From Callorhinchus milii (lineage: Eukaryota): 64,000 nucleotides of DNA. The stretch is taken from contig NW_024704742.1 of the NCBI RefSeq assembly GCF_018977255.1, positions 42,472,001 to 42,536,000 of the forward strand, read 5' to 3'. Within the stretch, counting starts at the first letter, position 1, and the number at the start of each line of letters is the position of its first letter. Under the pieces are notes generated by a model, which had not been told where the DNA came from, ran no database searches, and was given only the letters and a program-made list of their open reading frames with translations. This document shows positions 37,854 to 52,842 of this stretch, piece by piece. A program made the translations under genes and the position numbers.

Positions 37854-40800
37854 TATTTAAAGCAAAAGCATATTCTGCATAACACATCTGGCTGCTTCCA
37901 GAATATTTGTTTTTTGTTTAGTCATCATTCAAGATACACCAACAAAATTCACACTGCTAACAAAGGTTCCTGTGACAAAAGTGTCAGCAAAATCGTTCCT
38001 CTTCCTAGACATGGCGCTATGTGATCGCTAGGCACAGATTGTCATACAAATGACAAGTGTTTTGAATGAGGGGAGTGAGGCTACGACTTGGAAGGACTCC
38101 ATAATCGATGAAAGCCTGCTCGCTGATGATGGGGCATTAGGATACATATAGAATTCAGCAAGCACAATATGTACACACTTATATAGGAGAAATACTTAGG
38201 AGGGGCACTTAATACAAAAGACATTTTAGAAAGCCAATTATGTATATTTATAAGAATCCTGCACCTTAACCACCTGAATGAAGGATGAAATCCATGCCTC
38301 CAACTGTATAATAACTAATGAAATGTTAGTCTAACCTGGTAAGATCCACAGATCAACGATTAGAAGAGGTCAGAATTAAACAACTTTAATGCATGCTGAG
38401 ATGAGTTGCAAAACTACATTTGTATGAAGATGACTTTAATTTGATTTGCAATTCTGTCTCCTGAAGACACTGACTCGTTCTAGGTTACTGTTTCACAGAT
38501 ACCAGCTGCCCTTTGGTGTCTCGCCCAAGTCTTTAAGTAGAAATCACAAAGTAAGCGCCGGGGGCAATTTAACTCAGCACAGGAATCAGCACAGCTGAGC
38601 CTGCTCCCATGCTGAGTGAATATCCTTTCAACGGCAGTTTTCATAAAATATTACTGAACCATGCTCAAGAGCTGGTATAAGATTTTTTCCTCTCCCTCTC
38701 CCTAATACTGAGGCTTATTCTGGTGGCTAATACAACAGCTCCACTGATATCTTAGCTAAGGTTAAGTAACGCTGTACAAATAAAGGATAAACTTGGGACC
38801 TTCCTGTGCTGTAATAATAATAATAATCCTTGCATTTGATATCGCACTTTTCACGTCGGGAGGACGTCCCAAAGCGCTTCGAATGCAAGGGCCAGTAGTG
38901 CATTTACCCACTGAACCTTCCTGTGAGCGCCACCTTATAACAAACAACAGAACAAATACCCACAAGCAGAACATGGGGAAAGTTCCTTTTGCAAAGTCAG
39001 ATCATCAAATTGGGTGCAGAGATACATTCAGAAATTCAAAATATGACTGAATTATTTGGGGTTTCACTGCACTTTACAACTGCAACTGAGTTTTTGTGGA
39101 AAAAGATACACCTTTTCCACCTTCTTTTCTTTTTACATTTTCTATTCCAACATCTGCTAAATTTATACACCCATTTGCTTTTCCTTCTTAGCGATCCAAT
39201 TCACTATAAATGTACGGAATAAGATAGCACTATGTGCATTCTCCTTGCATTCTTACCCAATGGATCAGAATAACCCTCAGTAATATCTGTCCCTTCATCT
39301 CTCTGAACCTTGTAGAACTCAATAGGCAAAACACAAATGTATAATTCCCAATGATTTATGTCTATATTTTAACTACTCAATACCATGTATCTTACAAACC
39401 TTTCTTTATCTTTATTGTTACCTGTATGAAACTTTTTTTGATAACTTTAATAAGAGCTACAGTTTGATGAAGGATGCTATAATTACATTTTCTATCAAAG
39501 GAGCAGCAAGAGAATGCGACAGAATCCTGCACAGATGCAGTTCATGTATCCCAGTATCTTCCTGTAAGGATCAAAGATACATCACTCAATCTAGCAGAGT
39601 ACTGAGAAATGGCATTTGAAATGATCTCACTCTCATCCTCTCTGAGATCCAATCCGCTTACCGACCACTGCAAAGGTGGATTGATCAAAGAAATACAACC
39701 ACAAAATGGTTGTCAAATACACAGAGAGGGACAAATTAGAAAACTTCAGTCACAATCTCCACCTTTCTGTTATATCACTGTCAACAATCTCCACCTCTTC
39801 TCTCGGAGGATTGCACTGTGAGAATGTCACAGCAACATTTGTTTCTTCCAACTGCAAAATATTCAATGACAAACTATCCCTTTCTCAATATGTTTTCTCT
39901 TCATTTTTTCAACACATTTACTATACTAGATGTTAAAATAAAATTTATTTTTAGTTACTGGGAATTTATCTATAAAAACAGTCAGTTTACCTGCTAGTAA
40001 TTGCCTGTAAAGTGCTTTGAGATGTTTTAACATAATAATGTGCAATAAAAATGCAAGTCTTCCAGGATCTGATGTGTGATAGACAGTCAGAAAAGCAGTG
40101 ATCCTGGAGTCGAGGAAAACACATTTTTTTTGTCGTTCAAACCCAAAGCCAAACCCTGCAACTCATGTTGCAGTTTAAAAGGAGCTTCGGTATTCTGCTG
40201 CTGCTTGCATGCAACTGCTGTGTGTTCATGATAATGTCATGTAAAACACTTGTGAAATATTCACTGAAATTCCCACATTAAGCTGAAAGTCAAATACCTC
40301 TGAGGGATGTGTGTGCACTCAATCTGATTGATACATGTGAGTGAACAATGAGCATTGACATTTTTTACAAAACACATACCTGGCACTGCAGTCCTTTTCT
40401 AGGGAGAAATAAATAAAATACCCTGATCTGGAAATGTTTTTAAATAATTGCAGATTTTTTTCTGATACAGCAGCTTTGATGTTAAAATCAAATCAGGTTT
40501 ATAAATCTACAGAACTCTGCAAAGTGCAGCCTCTCTTTCACTGGATTCAGTGACCCTCATCAGCTCCATCAATCCTTTTTTCATCAACAGCCTTCAGTTC
40601 AGCAGAAAATTGTTCTGTCTAACAATCCCCCCAATTACGCTGGCTATTTGCTTCATGGCTATTTGTGGGATATTTCTGTGCACAACTTGGCTACTCTGTT
40701 CACCTACTTTACAGTGAAATACTATGAAGCTCTTTAAGGTGTCTTGATGACATGACAAGGTGCAATATCATTGCAAGTGTTGTTATTGAAGATTTCTTCT

Positions 40801-43800
40801 CTCTTTATTGATCTCCAGTCAAAAAGCTGGAATGAGTTAAAGCTTATCACATACTAGAGCCATAGGCTCACAAAAGTCACACATTTTAATTGCTCAAACC
40901 TTAAATATTCACGCTGTGCCTTGATTTTCGCATTAACATGTAATTGTTTGTTTTAAAAAAAACTTGAATAATATTATTCACAGAATACCTGAAGTAAAGC
41001 AGATAAAATATCCTTTTTATTAAAATATTAGCTTATTATCCTGCTACGATTGTCCCTTACTGCAAAGAATTGGAAATTTGGGAACTTTAAGCTAGTGGGT
41101 TTGGAATAATTGATCCTAAACGTTTTAATTGCTTGATTATGGTCGATGAATTGCTGATGGGCAAGGGTACACAGTCTGTCACTATCCTGTACCAAACATT
41201 GTTTGATCGAGCCAGGTATGATGTTATAATGAATGCACATCACTGAGTTTGTTATGTCTGGAAGCCATGCCAACAAGCTGCAGGCACTGTTGGTCAGGAC
41301 TGTGAGGTTATTTTTAGCATGTACTCAGCTGCTACAAATCCAACCAGTAAATGATATCGTATTAACAGACAAAGAGAACGTGATTTCCAGAAAGATTGTT
41401 TCCATGACAAATATCAATCCTCCCTCCAATCCTAGCCTTTTTTTCAGAGGTAATTTCTGGCAAAGTGTCAGTAGAATTGAATCAAAGAACATCTAAATAT
41501 TAATAGTAATCTTGTATACTTGTCACAATTTGACACAGAGCTGTCTTACTTCTGGATCTTGAAGACAATCCATGTTTGCAAACTGTTTAATGTTCCATAA
41601 AAATAGAATATGATTTCACAAAAGAATCAGTTAGCACTCACTTATAGTGAAAATAAGATAATCATTACTAGTAGGATGAAAATTTAACATTGAAGTCAAC
41701 ATACCGATAGCTAACAGGTGCATGGTTTTCCTCAACAAAGGATGTGGAGAGAATGAAAGGAATAAAATGGAAGAACAGTATAAAACATTTTTTTTAAAAG
41801 GAATTGTGGTTCATAGATTCCAAGCCTGGAAAATCCACAACAGCTTCATTTTGTGTCTTTATTTTATAATTACGGTAAGCTCTGGATAACTCATCACTGC
41901 AAGGGAAAAGGGCTGAGTGACTAGTTATCTGGAGTGGCTAGTTAGGCATAGGTCCTCTCGGGCCACAAAGGGGCGTTGTGACTGCTGGCACTCGGCGAAG
42001 GTTTGGCGTACATTCTCAGATGTATCACAGAGGCCTCTACTCTGTTGACGCTCTGGCCAATTGCACGGATCATTAGTGTTGTAATGCCGCTTCAGGAAAT
42101 ACTGATTTTATGCAGTACAATTTACATTCACACAGCAACTTTCATGTCAGGAGATTTTCTTGAACTGCTACACAGTGCTGGTGGTGGGAGCTGAGGAAGG
42201 TAGAAAGTGGAAACAACAACAATAACAACAACAACTTGTATTGTTGTTGACCAAAGAAGACCAAAAGATGCAGTCAAAGAGGTATGTTTTGAGACATAGG
42301 GGAGGAGGGAGTCAGAGGGAGTCAACGATGGAATTCCAGGAGTGGAGGCAGAATGTCTCAAAGCCTGTCTTTTTAGTGTTGTTCATACTAAAAGATGATG
42401 TAGTTTAATATTGGAAAAGTCTGGTCAATGACAAAACTGCTGAAAACAGAAAAGCAGAGAGAACTGTGGCTTATTCTCCCACAATACGATGCTTGTATTG
42501 TACATTACTACAATGGTGACTGTTAAAAGTATCAGCATCCATGAATATTCCACCCTGTAATATTACTAATAATCCTTGCATTTGATGTAGCACCATATCA
42601 CATCTTCAAGATGTCTCAAAGCGCTTCACAGGATGCACTGTAAAGTGTAGTGACTGTATATTTTATGGGTGGAACGTGTCAGCCAATTGCACACAGCAGT
42701 GTCCCACAAACAGTTGTGGATTGAAGTGACCAACTTATTATTATTATTTTAGGCGAGCGATGGAGAGAGAGAATGGAGGAAGACATTGAGGAAGAAGCTG
42801 ATAGAGAGAAAGAAAGAAAGAGAGAGACAGAGGGTTAGGGAGATAGAGATCTGAAAAGACTCCTGGTCGCAGCTTTAAAACCAATTTGGCCCTAAAGATG
42901 TAAACGTGCATATAGTTGAGAATATTCCTTAACCTAGCCTTAATTTGGAAGATAAATTCTCTTTAAAAATTGTGGAGGGGTGGGGAAACATCTTTGAGAC
43001 TGAGCCTGGGTTTATGAAATTGTTCTGCTGTGTAGTACATATTTGGACCAAATGGCTTTGAGACTAGGACCAGGAGGAATCACAGGGCCTCGTAAATGCT
43101 TGACATTGAGTTCCCCCCACTGCACAACATCTTCAGTGAGGGTGACTGGGTCAGGAAGAGAAAGAGAGAGGGGGAGAGAAATAGAGAGACACCGAGCAAG
43201 AGAGAAAGGGAATTATTTTATTATTTTTATTTGAACTCCGTGAATTTTAAATGCTGCTAATGGATCCCCTTATTTTGAATATGTGGAGAGGCAGCACATC
43301 TGACCAAACAGAAAGAAAAAAGAGAAAGAATTAGCATTTTTCCAATGTCTCAAAGTGCTTCACAATTAATGTCCTCTATAACTTTTTTTTGCAAGCATGT
43401 GATCCAGTAAGGTCCCACAAACAAACAAACAACAAGAGGTGAATGATCAATCAATCCATAGGATTATGGTCATGCCATCGTGAAAAACATCTCTCGATTA
43501 TCATTAAATTTTTAATGTCCATCTGAACAGTACTTGTGACAATTCAATGATCACGACACTGCATTGGAGTGTCAGCCTAGACTATGAGCTCGAAATCCTG
43601 ACATGGGTTTCAAACCCATGAACTTCTGACTCAGAGGCAAGAGTGTTACCCACTGAGCCAAGCTACTACTGTATGTATTCCTGCTGAAACAAGGACAAAT
43701 ATGACACTACCATTTTTAAATGAAGAAATCATTCATGGCACAGGTTCTGATGTCTCTGATATTGTCAACTAAATCATAATCATTAGGATTAGCAGCAGCT

Positions 43801-44960
43801 TGGGAAAGTTAATAACCTTTAATGAGCCAATAACTGATGTAATTTCAGTTTTAATGTTGCCTGATGACTTACTGTGCTTTTAATGCCCTAAAAATACACT
43901 GTGGATCAATGGCATTTAAAACATAACAACCCTGTTACTCCACAACAATGGGCTCCTTATATCATTGGTGCTCACAGTTGCATACAGTGGAGAATAGATT
44001 GCATGGTTATAAAACAAGGCAATACATTTACTTTCATTTACCAACCAGAGCCAAGGCGGTTGGACTGAAATTAGGAAGCATTTCTTCACACAGAGGGTTG
44101 GGAGCGTGAGGAATGCTTTCCCCCTGAAAGTTGTGGAAACAACAGGGATGTTAAAAAGATAGATATTTGAGTAGTAGAAGTATACAGGATGAATGGAAGG
44201 AAAAGGGTGATGGAAACAAATGGCATTGGGATTAAAAGATCTGCCAAGATCTAATAAACTTGTGATATGTGGAATGGCCTGCTTTTAGTCATTTTTCCTG
44301 TTCCTCTACCTGTTCTTCAGCCACAAAGATTGCCTTTCCAAGTATATACATGTCTTGTTTTTCTCACAATGCTTTCTTAATCTCCTCAATCAGTCTGTTT
44401 CAGGGAGGATAACGGTTTGACATTGCAGAGCTAGTATTACTGAAATTAGGGAAATTGTTATAAGGAACAGATAGTACAAATTATTAGGATATGACTACCC
44501 TACAATCAGTAATTGAAGCAAGATCCATAAGAGGTTTTAAAAGAGGATTAGATGAATAAAAAGAGAATGAGGGATGGGAAGTGGGGCTAAATGGAGGGCT
44601 TTTTCAGAGAAATACTCTTATTCTAGGCTCTGATTCAAGGAAGGGATTGAAACATATTGAGAAGCATTACATACACATACATCTCTTTATAATACTCAGG
44701 ATTCTGATATATTTCAGTAAACTCTTTAAATGTCATGTGGCTAACTGGATCTACTGACAAAGCTTCCAAGAAAAGAGAAAACCCTTCTGGAATGTATTCC
44801 ATACTCATTGTGTTTTTATTAAATTCAGATACAGTATTAGTGCTTCTGCAACAGTCCTTAACTAATTGATCTTAGAACAAGTATCACACTGGTTGGAGGT
44901 TTGAACAAGATCTAGATTAGGCTGATATTCAATCTCTGAAAGTATACCTGGCCCGCGTTA

Positions 44961-45266
44961 TAATAATAATAATAATAATCCTTGCATTTGCTTTAGCGCT
45001 TTTCACGTCGGGAGGACGTCCCAAAGTGCTTCACAGAATACACTGTAAAGTGAATTGACCGTATATTTGTGGGCGAACACGGCGGCCAATTGCGCGCAGC
45101 AATGTCCCACAAACAGTCGTAGATTGAAAATGACCAATTTATTATTGTTTTGTTTTGGAGGGATTATTATTAGGCGTGTGGAGTAAGGAAACTTGCCCAA
45201 GGTTTCGCCCTGCCTGGAATTGAACCCAAGTGTCTCGCTTGCAAGGCGAGTGCGCTAACCACTGAG
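44961..45266 (-). mobile_element. Young tRNA-derived SINE (short form), slightly 5'-truncated
   Basis: Nearly identical to the reverse complement of the SINEs at 55391-55982. CpGs are retained and it has a (TTA)n tail. Confidence 0.92.
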
Positions 45267-45859
45267 ATTTCCAAAGTGGTACTTCTGTCAGCCAGACCTA
45301 CCTCAGGGGCTGGCAACAGACTTGAAACTGAATTGCCCCCATTACACTCAGTGCATCCATCTGTTCCAAACACATCATCCCCTCTTGGCAGTAAACACCT
45401 CCGCATTCTGATTGTCTATTAGATGTCACCTTGTTTGAATGTAAAATTGAACAAAAAAGTCATTGGGGTGTACAACTGTGTGCGCATTTCAAGAGAGAAC
45501 TTGAGTTCACGGTAGAATTGCTATGCTGAAAGCATCCATTATAATTGAGCCGGCTCCACTAATCCAATATGGATTCATTAGATAGATTGAGCCCAGGTTG
45601 CAACTTTCAGTCTCAGTGTAAACATGGCATACGGCTATGATTATAAATTAAGACACATTCAGGAAGTCAACAACAGGAAGAACATATATCTATTTATATC
45701 TCTTTACATCAATAGTTAAAAATGTGAGATGACAGAGATACATTTTTACATTACATCTCATAAGCAATAAGAGAGTTAAATACTGGAGTTGGGTGTCAGA
45801 GACAGTATGTGGAGAACCCAAAAGGCACAAGTAGATACAGAAAGTCTGAAATTCAACTA

Positions 45860-46018
45860 TTTCGCCCTGCCTGGAATTGAACCCAAGTGTCTCGCTTGCA
45901 AGGCGAGTGCGCTAACCACTGAGATTTCCAAAGTGGTACTTCTGTCAGCCAGACCTACCTCAGGGGCTGGCAACAGACTTGAAACTGAATTGCCCCCATT
46001 ACACTCAGTGCATCCATC
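45860..46018 (+). repeat. Exact 159-bp duplicate of 45203-45361
   Basis: Identical base by base, offset 657 bp. Confidence 0.97.
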
Positions 46019-46315
46019 CCCCATCCCCCAGTGCCTTTGCCTTGCTTCCTCCCTTTCCTCCTTCAAGGCCGGTCTCAAAACCTTTCTCTTTGACCGAGCC
46101 TTCAGCTCCCCTCTCGACTCTCTTCCCCCTCCTCGCTCCCTCCCTTCCCTCCCCTCACCCTGACCATTTCCCCCCTCCTCGCTCCCTCCCTTCCCTCCCC
46201 TCACCCTGACCATTTCCCCCCTGCTCGGGTCATGACCCAACTGTGCAGCGCCTTGGGACGTCCTCCTGACGTGAAAGGCGCTTTATAAATGGAATCTTGT
46301 TGTTGTTGTTGTTGT
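46019..46315 (+). mobile_element. Young 5'-truncated L2 LINE (ORF2 end plus 3'UTR with a ~40-bp tandem duplication)
   Basis: Nearly identical to 55103-55385, with a (TTG)n tail. Confidence 0.93.
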
Positions 46316-49300
46316 TCACCCAAAACTGTGACAGCATTTCATCCCAAAATTTAAGGAAATACAGAATTGTATGACGTTTTTAAATTCAGTCATAATATCA
46401 AATGTTTTTTCTTCAGTTCAGCTGTCTTTCAAATTTAAACTAGATTGAAGTGTTTTTGCACAAAGCCTTTGTATTTTCACTCTTCAGAATGCACCAAATC
46501 CGATATCATTTACAGCAACTCATTAGTGTTAACTGCTAAACTGCAATCCTGATATAGAAATCAAATTCCTGTTCTGGATATATTTGAACACACGCAGCAA
46601 TTGTATCTAGTAATGTAATTTTGCTCATCTTATACTTTGAATGTTTTTTGCTTTCAACTTTAACTGTTGCACAGCCCCATCAGGAAGTCTGACCCCTGGT
46701 AATTCTTGTTGACAGAACCTAAGTGATTTCAGCACAGTTTATGAGAGACTGAATTAAACTGTACGTGGACTAAATTGAGTTCTTGTTTGATATATCTTAT
46801 TACTGCACAATTTCTGACATTTCCAACTCAACCTACTGTTGACACTATTTCAGATCAAATCTTCACCACAGAATTTATTTTTCGAAATTTTGCAATCGTA
46901 GTTTACAACATATAATGTTTCGCCTAAAGAATGACAGGTAATTGTAAGGGAGTCTTAAAGATGTATTAACACGATCCAGTGAAAAAAAATTACATCATAA
47001 CAGAGAATTACCTCACTGTATCTGTTATTTATTGCATTTTGCATCTACTCTTAAAGTCTGGCAGGCATGATAATCCTCCCCAAAACCCTCAATTGAATGG
47101 ACCCAAATATAATCAGTGGCCAACTTGGTTGCTTTCAATCACCTACTCTAGCATTTTGGTGCACTTTCACAAGATCACCAGATTAGTTTGGATGAAGGCC
47201 CTTTGGCTAAAGCAAGACCATGAGGGAGAGATACAAGGCAGAAAATTGGCAAAGGAAAAAATCATCTGAAAGATGATTCACGTTGAAATAGAGGGTTGAT
47301 TCATTCACGTTGAAATAGAGGGTTCTGGGTTTTAGTCCTACATCAAGACAAATCCTAGAACAGCAACATCGTACAAAATACACAGTCACTATATTTTGCA
47401 GGAAATCCTGTGAAGCGCTTTGAGGTGTCTTCCTGACATAAAAAGCACTATGTCAAAATTGTAGGACTCTATAACATTATATTCAACTGTGATATGGAAT
47501 GCTTTATGATCTGAAGAGTAATCCTATCTCTGACAGCATATTGGTTGATGAAGAAAATTACGACCATGCCTTCCAGACACTTCCAAGGGAAAATGTGTAT
47601 CTTTGCCTTCTGGTACCTGGAATTTATTTCAGAATTAAACTATCACGTATGANTTTTTTTAGCTTTATTGTAAGAATAAAGGTTCATCAACCTCAACCCT
47701 TTTGCCAGTGGATTGGCTTTCTGGAAGTCTCTCAGTGCAGTGCAAGTAACGGCAGTTGTGAACTTATGTTTGAAGATCATTTTTGTTTCTTGATCAAATA
47801 ATTCAAGCCAATTTTCTAAAAATACTTAATGAGTGGTTTGCTTAGATAATCACCATCTGGCATGCAGTAATTTTGACATGCTTATTTTATAATTTTATTT
47901 ATAACAGCATAGGGATAAGGTGGGATAATATGATTGTCATAATATAATAATAAAAAAATTAAAGTTATCAAAAAAGTGACATCAAAAACATCACAATACT
48001 CTGGGACTCACAAGTACATAGAGATAGAACAGTAAACTGTAACAAACCAGATATTGTTATAAAAAAAACTAGTAGCCAGGGCTATCCCAAGTAATTACAA
48101 TGTAAGAAATAAGGAAATAGAGATCAGGAAATATATCGATCTACAAATTGAATGTAGACGTATGTGGCAATTTAAAACATAGTTCCTATAATCGGTGCAA
48201 CTGAGACTTGTTAATAAAACTATTCAGAAATGGCTTGACAAAATACTGGTGACTAATACATCAACTTCCTGCAAAAAGTAGCTATTTTAGGAAGTTTAAG
48301 TTCAAACATACCAAGAAAAGTAACATCCTTTCGTATGTAACATGGCAGTGTTATTGGGATCAATCACCGAAAAACACTTAGAAACGACCTCTGTGGAGTG
48401 ATTTAAATTGTAATTACTTGATAATAATACCATTAATAATAATCCTTGCATTTCATATAGTATGTGCATTTCATATCAGGAGAACATCTGAAAGGGATTC
48501 ACAGGATTTATTGTAAAGTTTAATGACTGTATTTTGTAGGCAAATACAGCAGTCAATTTGCGCACAGCAATGAACCCATAAACAATCGTGAAGTCGGCAA
48601 TAATGCAGTATGATGTGGGACTTGAACCCATAACCTTCTTACTGTAAGGCGAGAATACAAACAACTGAACCAGGAATAAATGGGCAGCTGATTGGAAAGG
48701 TAATATTGTACGGCTAATTTTTTTCTCAACACCTTATGTTACACAACAATTTGTCACTGTCACTCTGTACCACAATGATGTGATGGAAAACATTCAAACA
48801 TTTTGTTCACTTTACAGTATATTCTGTGGAGCGCTTTATCAAATGCAAGGATTATTATTATTAATATTATTATTATTATTTGTTTACAGCTCTTCTGATC
48901 ACTGCAAATGGGAAAGCAGATTGCATTTTATGTATTTTATACACATCAGGAAATCTCACAGAGACTGATAGACACTGAAGAACAAGGCCCAAAAATATTT
49001 CTTAATTGCAGATAAATGTTATCCTGTTGATGGTTCCTAAAGTAAATATTTAATATGTCCTATAATGAAATATATAATTCAACTGCCATTTCAATATATC
49101 TTATATTACTCTATTGGCTAATGATTGAAATGTTCTTTGCAGAACTATAGAGGAAAATTAAATTATTCCATATCTTTTAGACAAAATGTTACATTACCTC
49201 AGTAATACTGTCACTTCGATGAAACAATTGATTGTGAAGAAGAAAAGCGCTTTTGATCATAATGAAATGATGCAAATGTTAACTGAATGCTGAAATGTAG

Positions 49301-50179
49301 CAAATTACAACTCATGGCAAAATAGTGGCCCAATACATCTCTTTAAGAAAGCAGTGAACATTAAATTACTTTACATGTGAGGTACTCTTAATTTTCTGTG
49401 CACTTTCATTGAGAGCTCATGCTGTTTTGATATTGTCGTCTTTAGAACACTGTGCCAGCTGCAAACACATCCGAATTATCAGTGGACATGCAGCAACACT
49501 TCATTCGTGCTGAACCATTGCCTTTGCCAATAAAGAGCAAAGTATAAAAATATTTAGCAGCAGATTACAAATATGTATAATAAGTGAAGTGCTGTAGGCC
49601 ACAGCTGTTGTTTCAGCTTGTCATAACAGCCTATGTTGTCCATGCTAATATAATGTAAAAGCTGTGCATGATTTTAATAAATTTCACAAAATTACAATAA
49701 ACGTACACTAAAGCCAGGTGCTAATGAGCCATGGATTTTTTTATGGCTATAAATGTATCATTGATTTTCATCATATTTTACAGTACACATCATGAAATAG
49801 GAAAACAAATCAGTGCTTCCTGCGTTCCAGTAAAGACAAAACACACAGCTACATTTGATCCCTTACTTAGTGATCTTTGCTCCAATAGTCTATATTATAA
49901 TAATATTTAGACATCTTTCTAAAAGGTTATTTCTGATATTCGCTAGTTAATGGTATCTGTGAAAGAGCTGATATCCTCAGTTAGTATGTGATGTCTTATT
50001 ATAATCATAAATATAACACAAAGCCAGGGAGGTGAAGGTGATCAATATAACAGTGAAGGGAATGTTGAGTCTAATCATTTATACCTTCTTCGTAACCTGT
50101 TCATTTCCTTAGATAACAGAGTAGTTTGTATCGCAGTGCTAATGTATTTAAGGTTAACTAATGAAGGAGTCTAGCCTTT

Positions 50180-50720
50180 AACAACAACAACTTGGATTCA
50201 TAGAGCATTTTTCATGCAGATGGAATGCTGAGGTTAGGAGAAGGAGTAGGGGGAATGGCAAAGGAGAAATGATCATAGACATAGCTAAAGATGGAGGTTT
50301 TTAGGTGAGATTTAAAGACAGAGATGGGATGAGATGTAGGAGTAGAGTGAGGGAGTTCTAGGGGGCCATAGTAGCTGAAAACTTGGCCACTAATAACAAA
50401 GTCTTCCAAGACTTTGGATAGGAGGGGCAGTTTGGAGATGGGCCGGTAGTTGGAAAGTTTGGATCAAGGACAGGCTTTATGAAGATGGGATGATAAGAGA
50501 GGTTTTGAGGAGAAAGGGACAGTGCTGGAGGAAGGGACCAGGTTACAGCAGCAGGAGGCAAAGTAGAGGTGATTGGATGATCAGCAACTGGATTGGGGGT
50601 GTGGGGGCGGTCAAGGGAATCAATAATATGTTTCATGCTGATTATTAGAGTGGAGAATGATGAGGGAGAAATGGAAGCAAAAGTGTGCATGGAGGGACAG
50701 AAAGCAGGATATGTTGAGCA
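50180..50720 (-). mobile_element. Old L2 LINE fragments
   Basis: (CAA)n tail. The minus-strand translation resembles the RT N-terminal KPxLDP..NYRPIS.L region (IKPVLDPNFPT). Confidence 0.6.
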
Positions 50721-51759
50721 TGATAAAGGAACTTATTTGGGGAGTAATATGGGAAGATAAAGTACTTTAGAGATGCAACACAGCACGTACACTGAGCACA
50801 ACAAATCTATGTAGTGTCAGAAGACCACCTTCTTGAATTAGCGTCATTTGAAAGTACTCCCTTGAGCTTGGGAACAATCTACTACACATCTGGAATCAAC
50901 TTCAACACAATATTGGCACAGCAGCACTCTCAAAGGTACAGTGTGACATGATTATGCCTCAAGCACAATGTTCTCTGCATGGCATTCTGTTCAGTTTGTT
51001 CCATCAGTCAGCTCACCTTGGTGAGTCTCTGTTAACTTTGCTAATGGACATTTCAAAAAAGTACTGCTTGAATTTCCATAATATTAGAGTTCATTATTGT
51101 CTATTAAAAGGAGAATGACACATCAGGCTCAGATGTCATCTCTTTTGCTTGTCCTCAATTAGGGAAACCTTTGTCAAGAGACGATCAGGAGAAGCAAAAC
51201 TATAATAATGACCCAGCTAGCACAGTGGCTAGTTTCATGACATACATGATATCTGTGATTATCCAACCATGACACAATTCAAACCTCAGCTGCACTTAAC
51301 CCTTTCCATGTTGAATAAATATCAACTTTATACAATGAACACAAGCAACATAAGGATTAGCAGTTAATGGTAATATTTCTCATTCAAATGATATCTACTT
51401 TTCTGCCTGGTTTCTTCCTTTATTGGAGTAGCATTTGACTCACTCAGCTACTACATAAGAACAAAGGTAAAGAGAAACAAGAGGAGAAGGCTATTCAGCC
51501 CGTCAGCAACAATAATAACTTTCATTGATATAGCACTCTTCACTCGAGGTAGCATCCCGGAGCGCTCAACATTGGCAGAGCCTGAAGCCGAGCCAGAGGG
51601 TGGGAGGTGGTGACTGTAAGCACGGTCGAAGAGGAAGGTCTTCAGGCGTAATCTGAAAAAGGGGAAGGAGGTAGCAAGGCGGAGGGTTAGAGAGATTAAT
51701 TCAGAAGTGCTTTGATATATCCCTCTGACATGAAAAGTGCTATACCAAATCCAAGGATG

Positions 51760-51791
<32 letters not shown>

Positions 51792-51857
51792 GGAAGCCCT
51801 GGGCACTTCCATTTCAGATTCTTCCCAACACGAAAGGCACTATATCAAAGAAGAAGA

Positions 51858-52192
51858 ATTAGAGGTGATCTTATGGAAATCTATAAGATTCTTAAGGGTC
51901 TTGACAGGGTAGATATTTTGAAACTGATTCCCCCGGTTGGAAAATCTAAAACTAGGGGTCATAGTCTCAGGATTAAAGGTCAGCCCTTTAAAACTGAGTT
52001 GAGAAAACATTTCTTCACTCAGAGGTTAGTGAATTTATGGAATTCTCTACCCCAGAAGGCTGTGGATGCTCAGTTATTGAACATATTCAAGATAGATTTT
52101 TAGAAACTAAAGGGATTAAGGGATATGAGGATAGGGCGGGTAAATGGAATTAGGTTAGAAAATCAGCCATGATTGTATTTCTTATGTTCTTA
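51858..52192 (+). mobile_element. CR1 LINE 3' fragment (ORF2 C-terminus)
   Basis: RGDLMEIYKILKGLDRVD...TRGHSLRI..RKHFFTQRLVNLWNSLP is a typical CR1 ORF2 C-terminus. Confidence 0.92.
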
Positions 52193-52246
52193 AGTGTAAA
52201 GATACCCAAATGCCCAACCTTAGTTCAGGGGATATTCAACAAAAGC

Positions 52247-52842
52247 AACAACAACTTGGATTTATATAACGCCCTCCACGCCGGACTGCGTCTCAGAGTG
52301 CTTCACAGTAACGGATCCAGGGGCCGAGCCAGGGGGAGGGGGAGGAAGGTGACCAAAGGCACAGTCGAAAAGAAAGGTCTTCAGCAGAGATCTGAAAGTA
52401 GGAAGAGAAGGGGCGAGGCAAAGGGAGTGAGGAAGGGAGTTTCAGAGCCTCAGGGCATAGTGGCTGAAGGCATGGCCTCCGAGGGTGGAGTGGAGGACTC
52501 GGGAGACAAGGAGGAGGCCAGATCCGGAGGAATGAGGGCAACGGGCACTGTTTTGAGGAGAAAGAAGGTCAGAGAGGTAGGGGGTTGCGGAAGAGTGGAG
52601 AGATTTGAAGACAAGGGTGAGGATCTTGAAATCGATCCTCTCTGGGACAGGCAGCCAGTGCAGTTTGGCGAGGACTGGGGTGATCGGAAAGCGGAGTTTG
52701 GTGCGGGTAAGAATGTTGCTGGCAGAGTTTTGAATAACCTGGATTTTATGGATGGTAGTGGAGGGGAGGTCGGTGAGAAGGGCGTTAGAATAGTCCAGCC
52801 GAGAGGTGACAAAGGCATGGACCAGCGGCTATTGGAGTGAGG
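52247..52842 (-). mobile_element. L2 LINE 3' fragment
   Basis: The minus strand encodes the SRLDYSN..QNSASN..LHWLP..RIDFKI region and ends in a (TTG)n tail. Confidence 0.88.

Noticed and set aside
47653..47653. Single N base
   Set aside because: It is an assembly ambiguity with no biological meaning.
52169..52840. 223-aa Gly/Arg/Glu-rich ORF
   Set aside because: It is the antisense reading of an L2 fragment.
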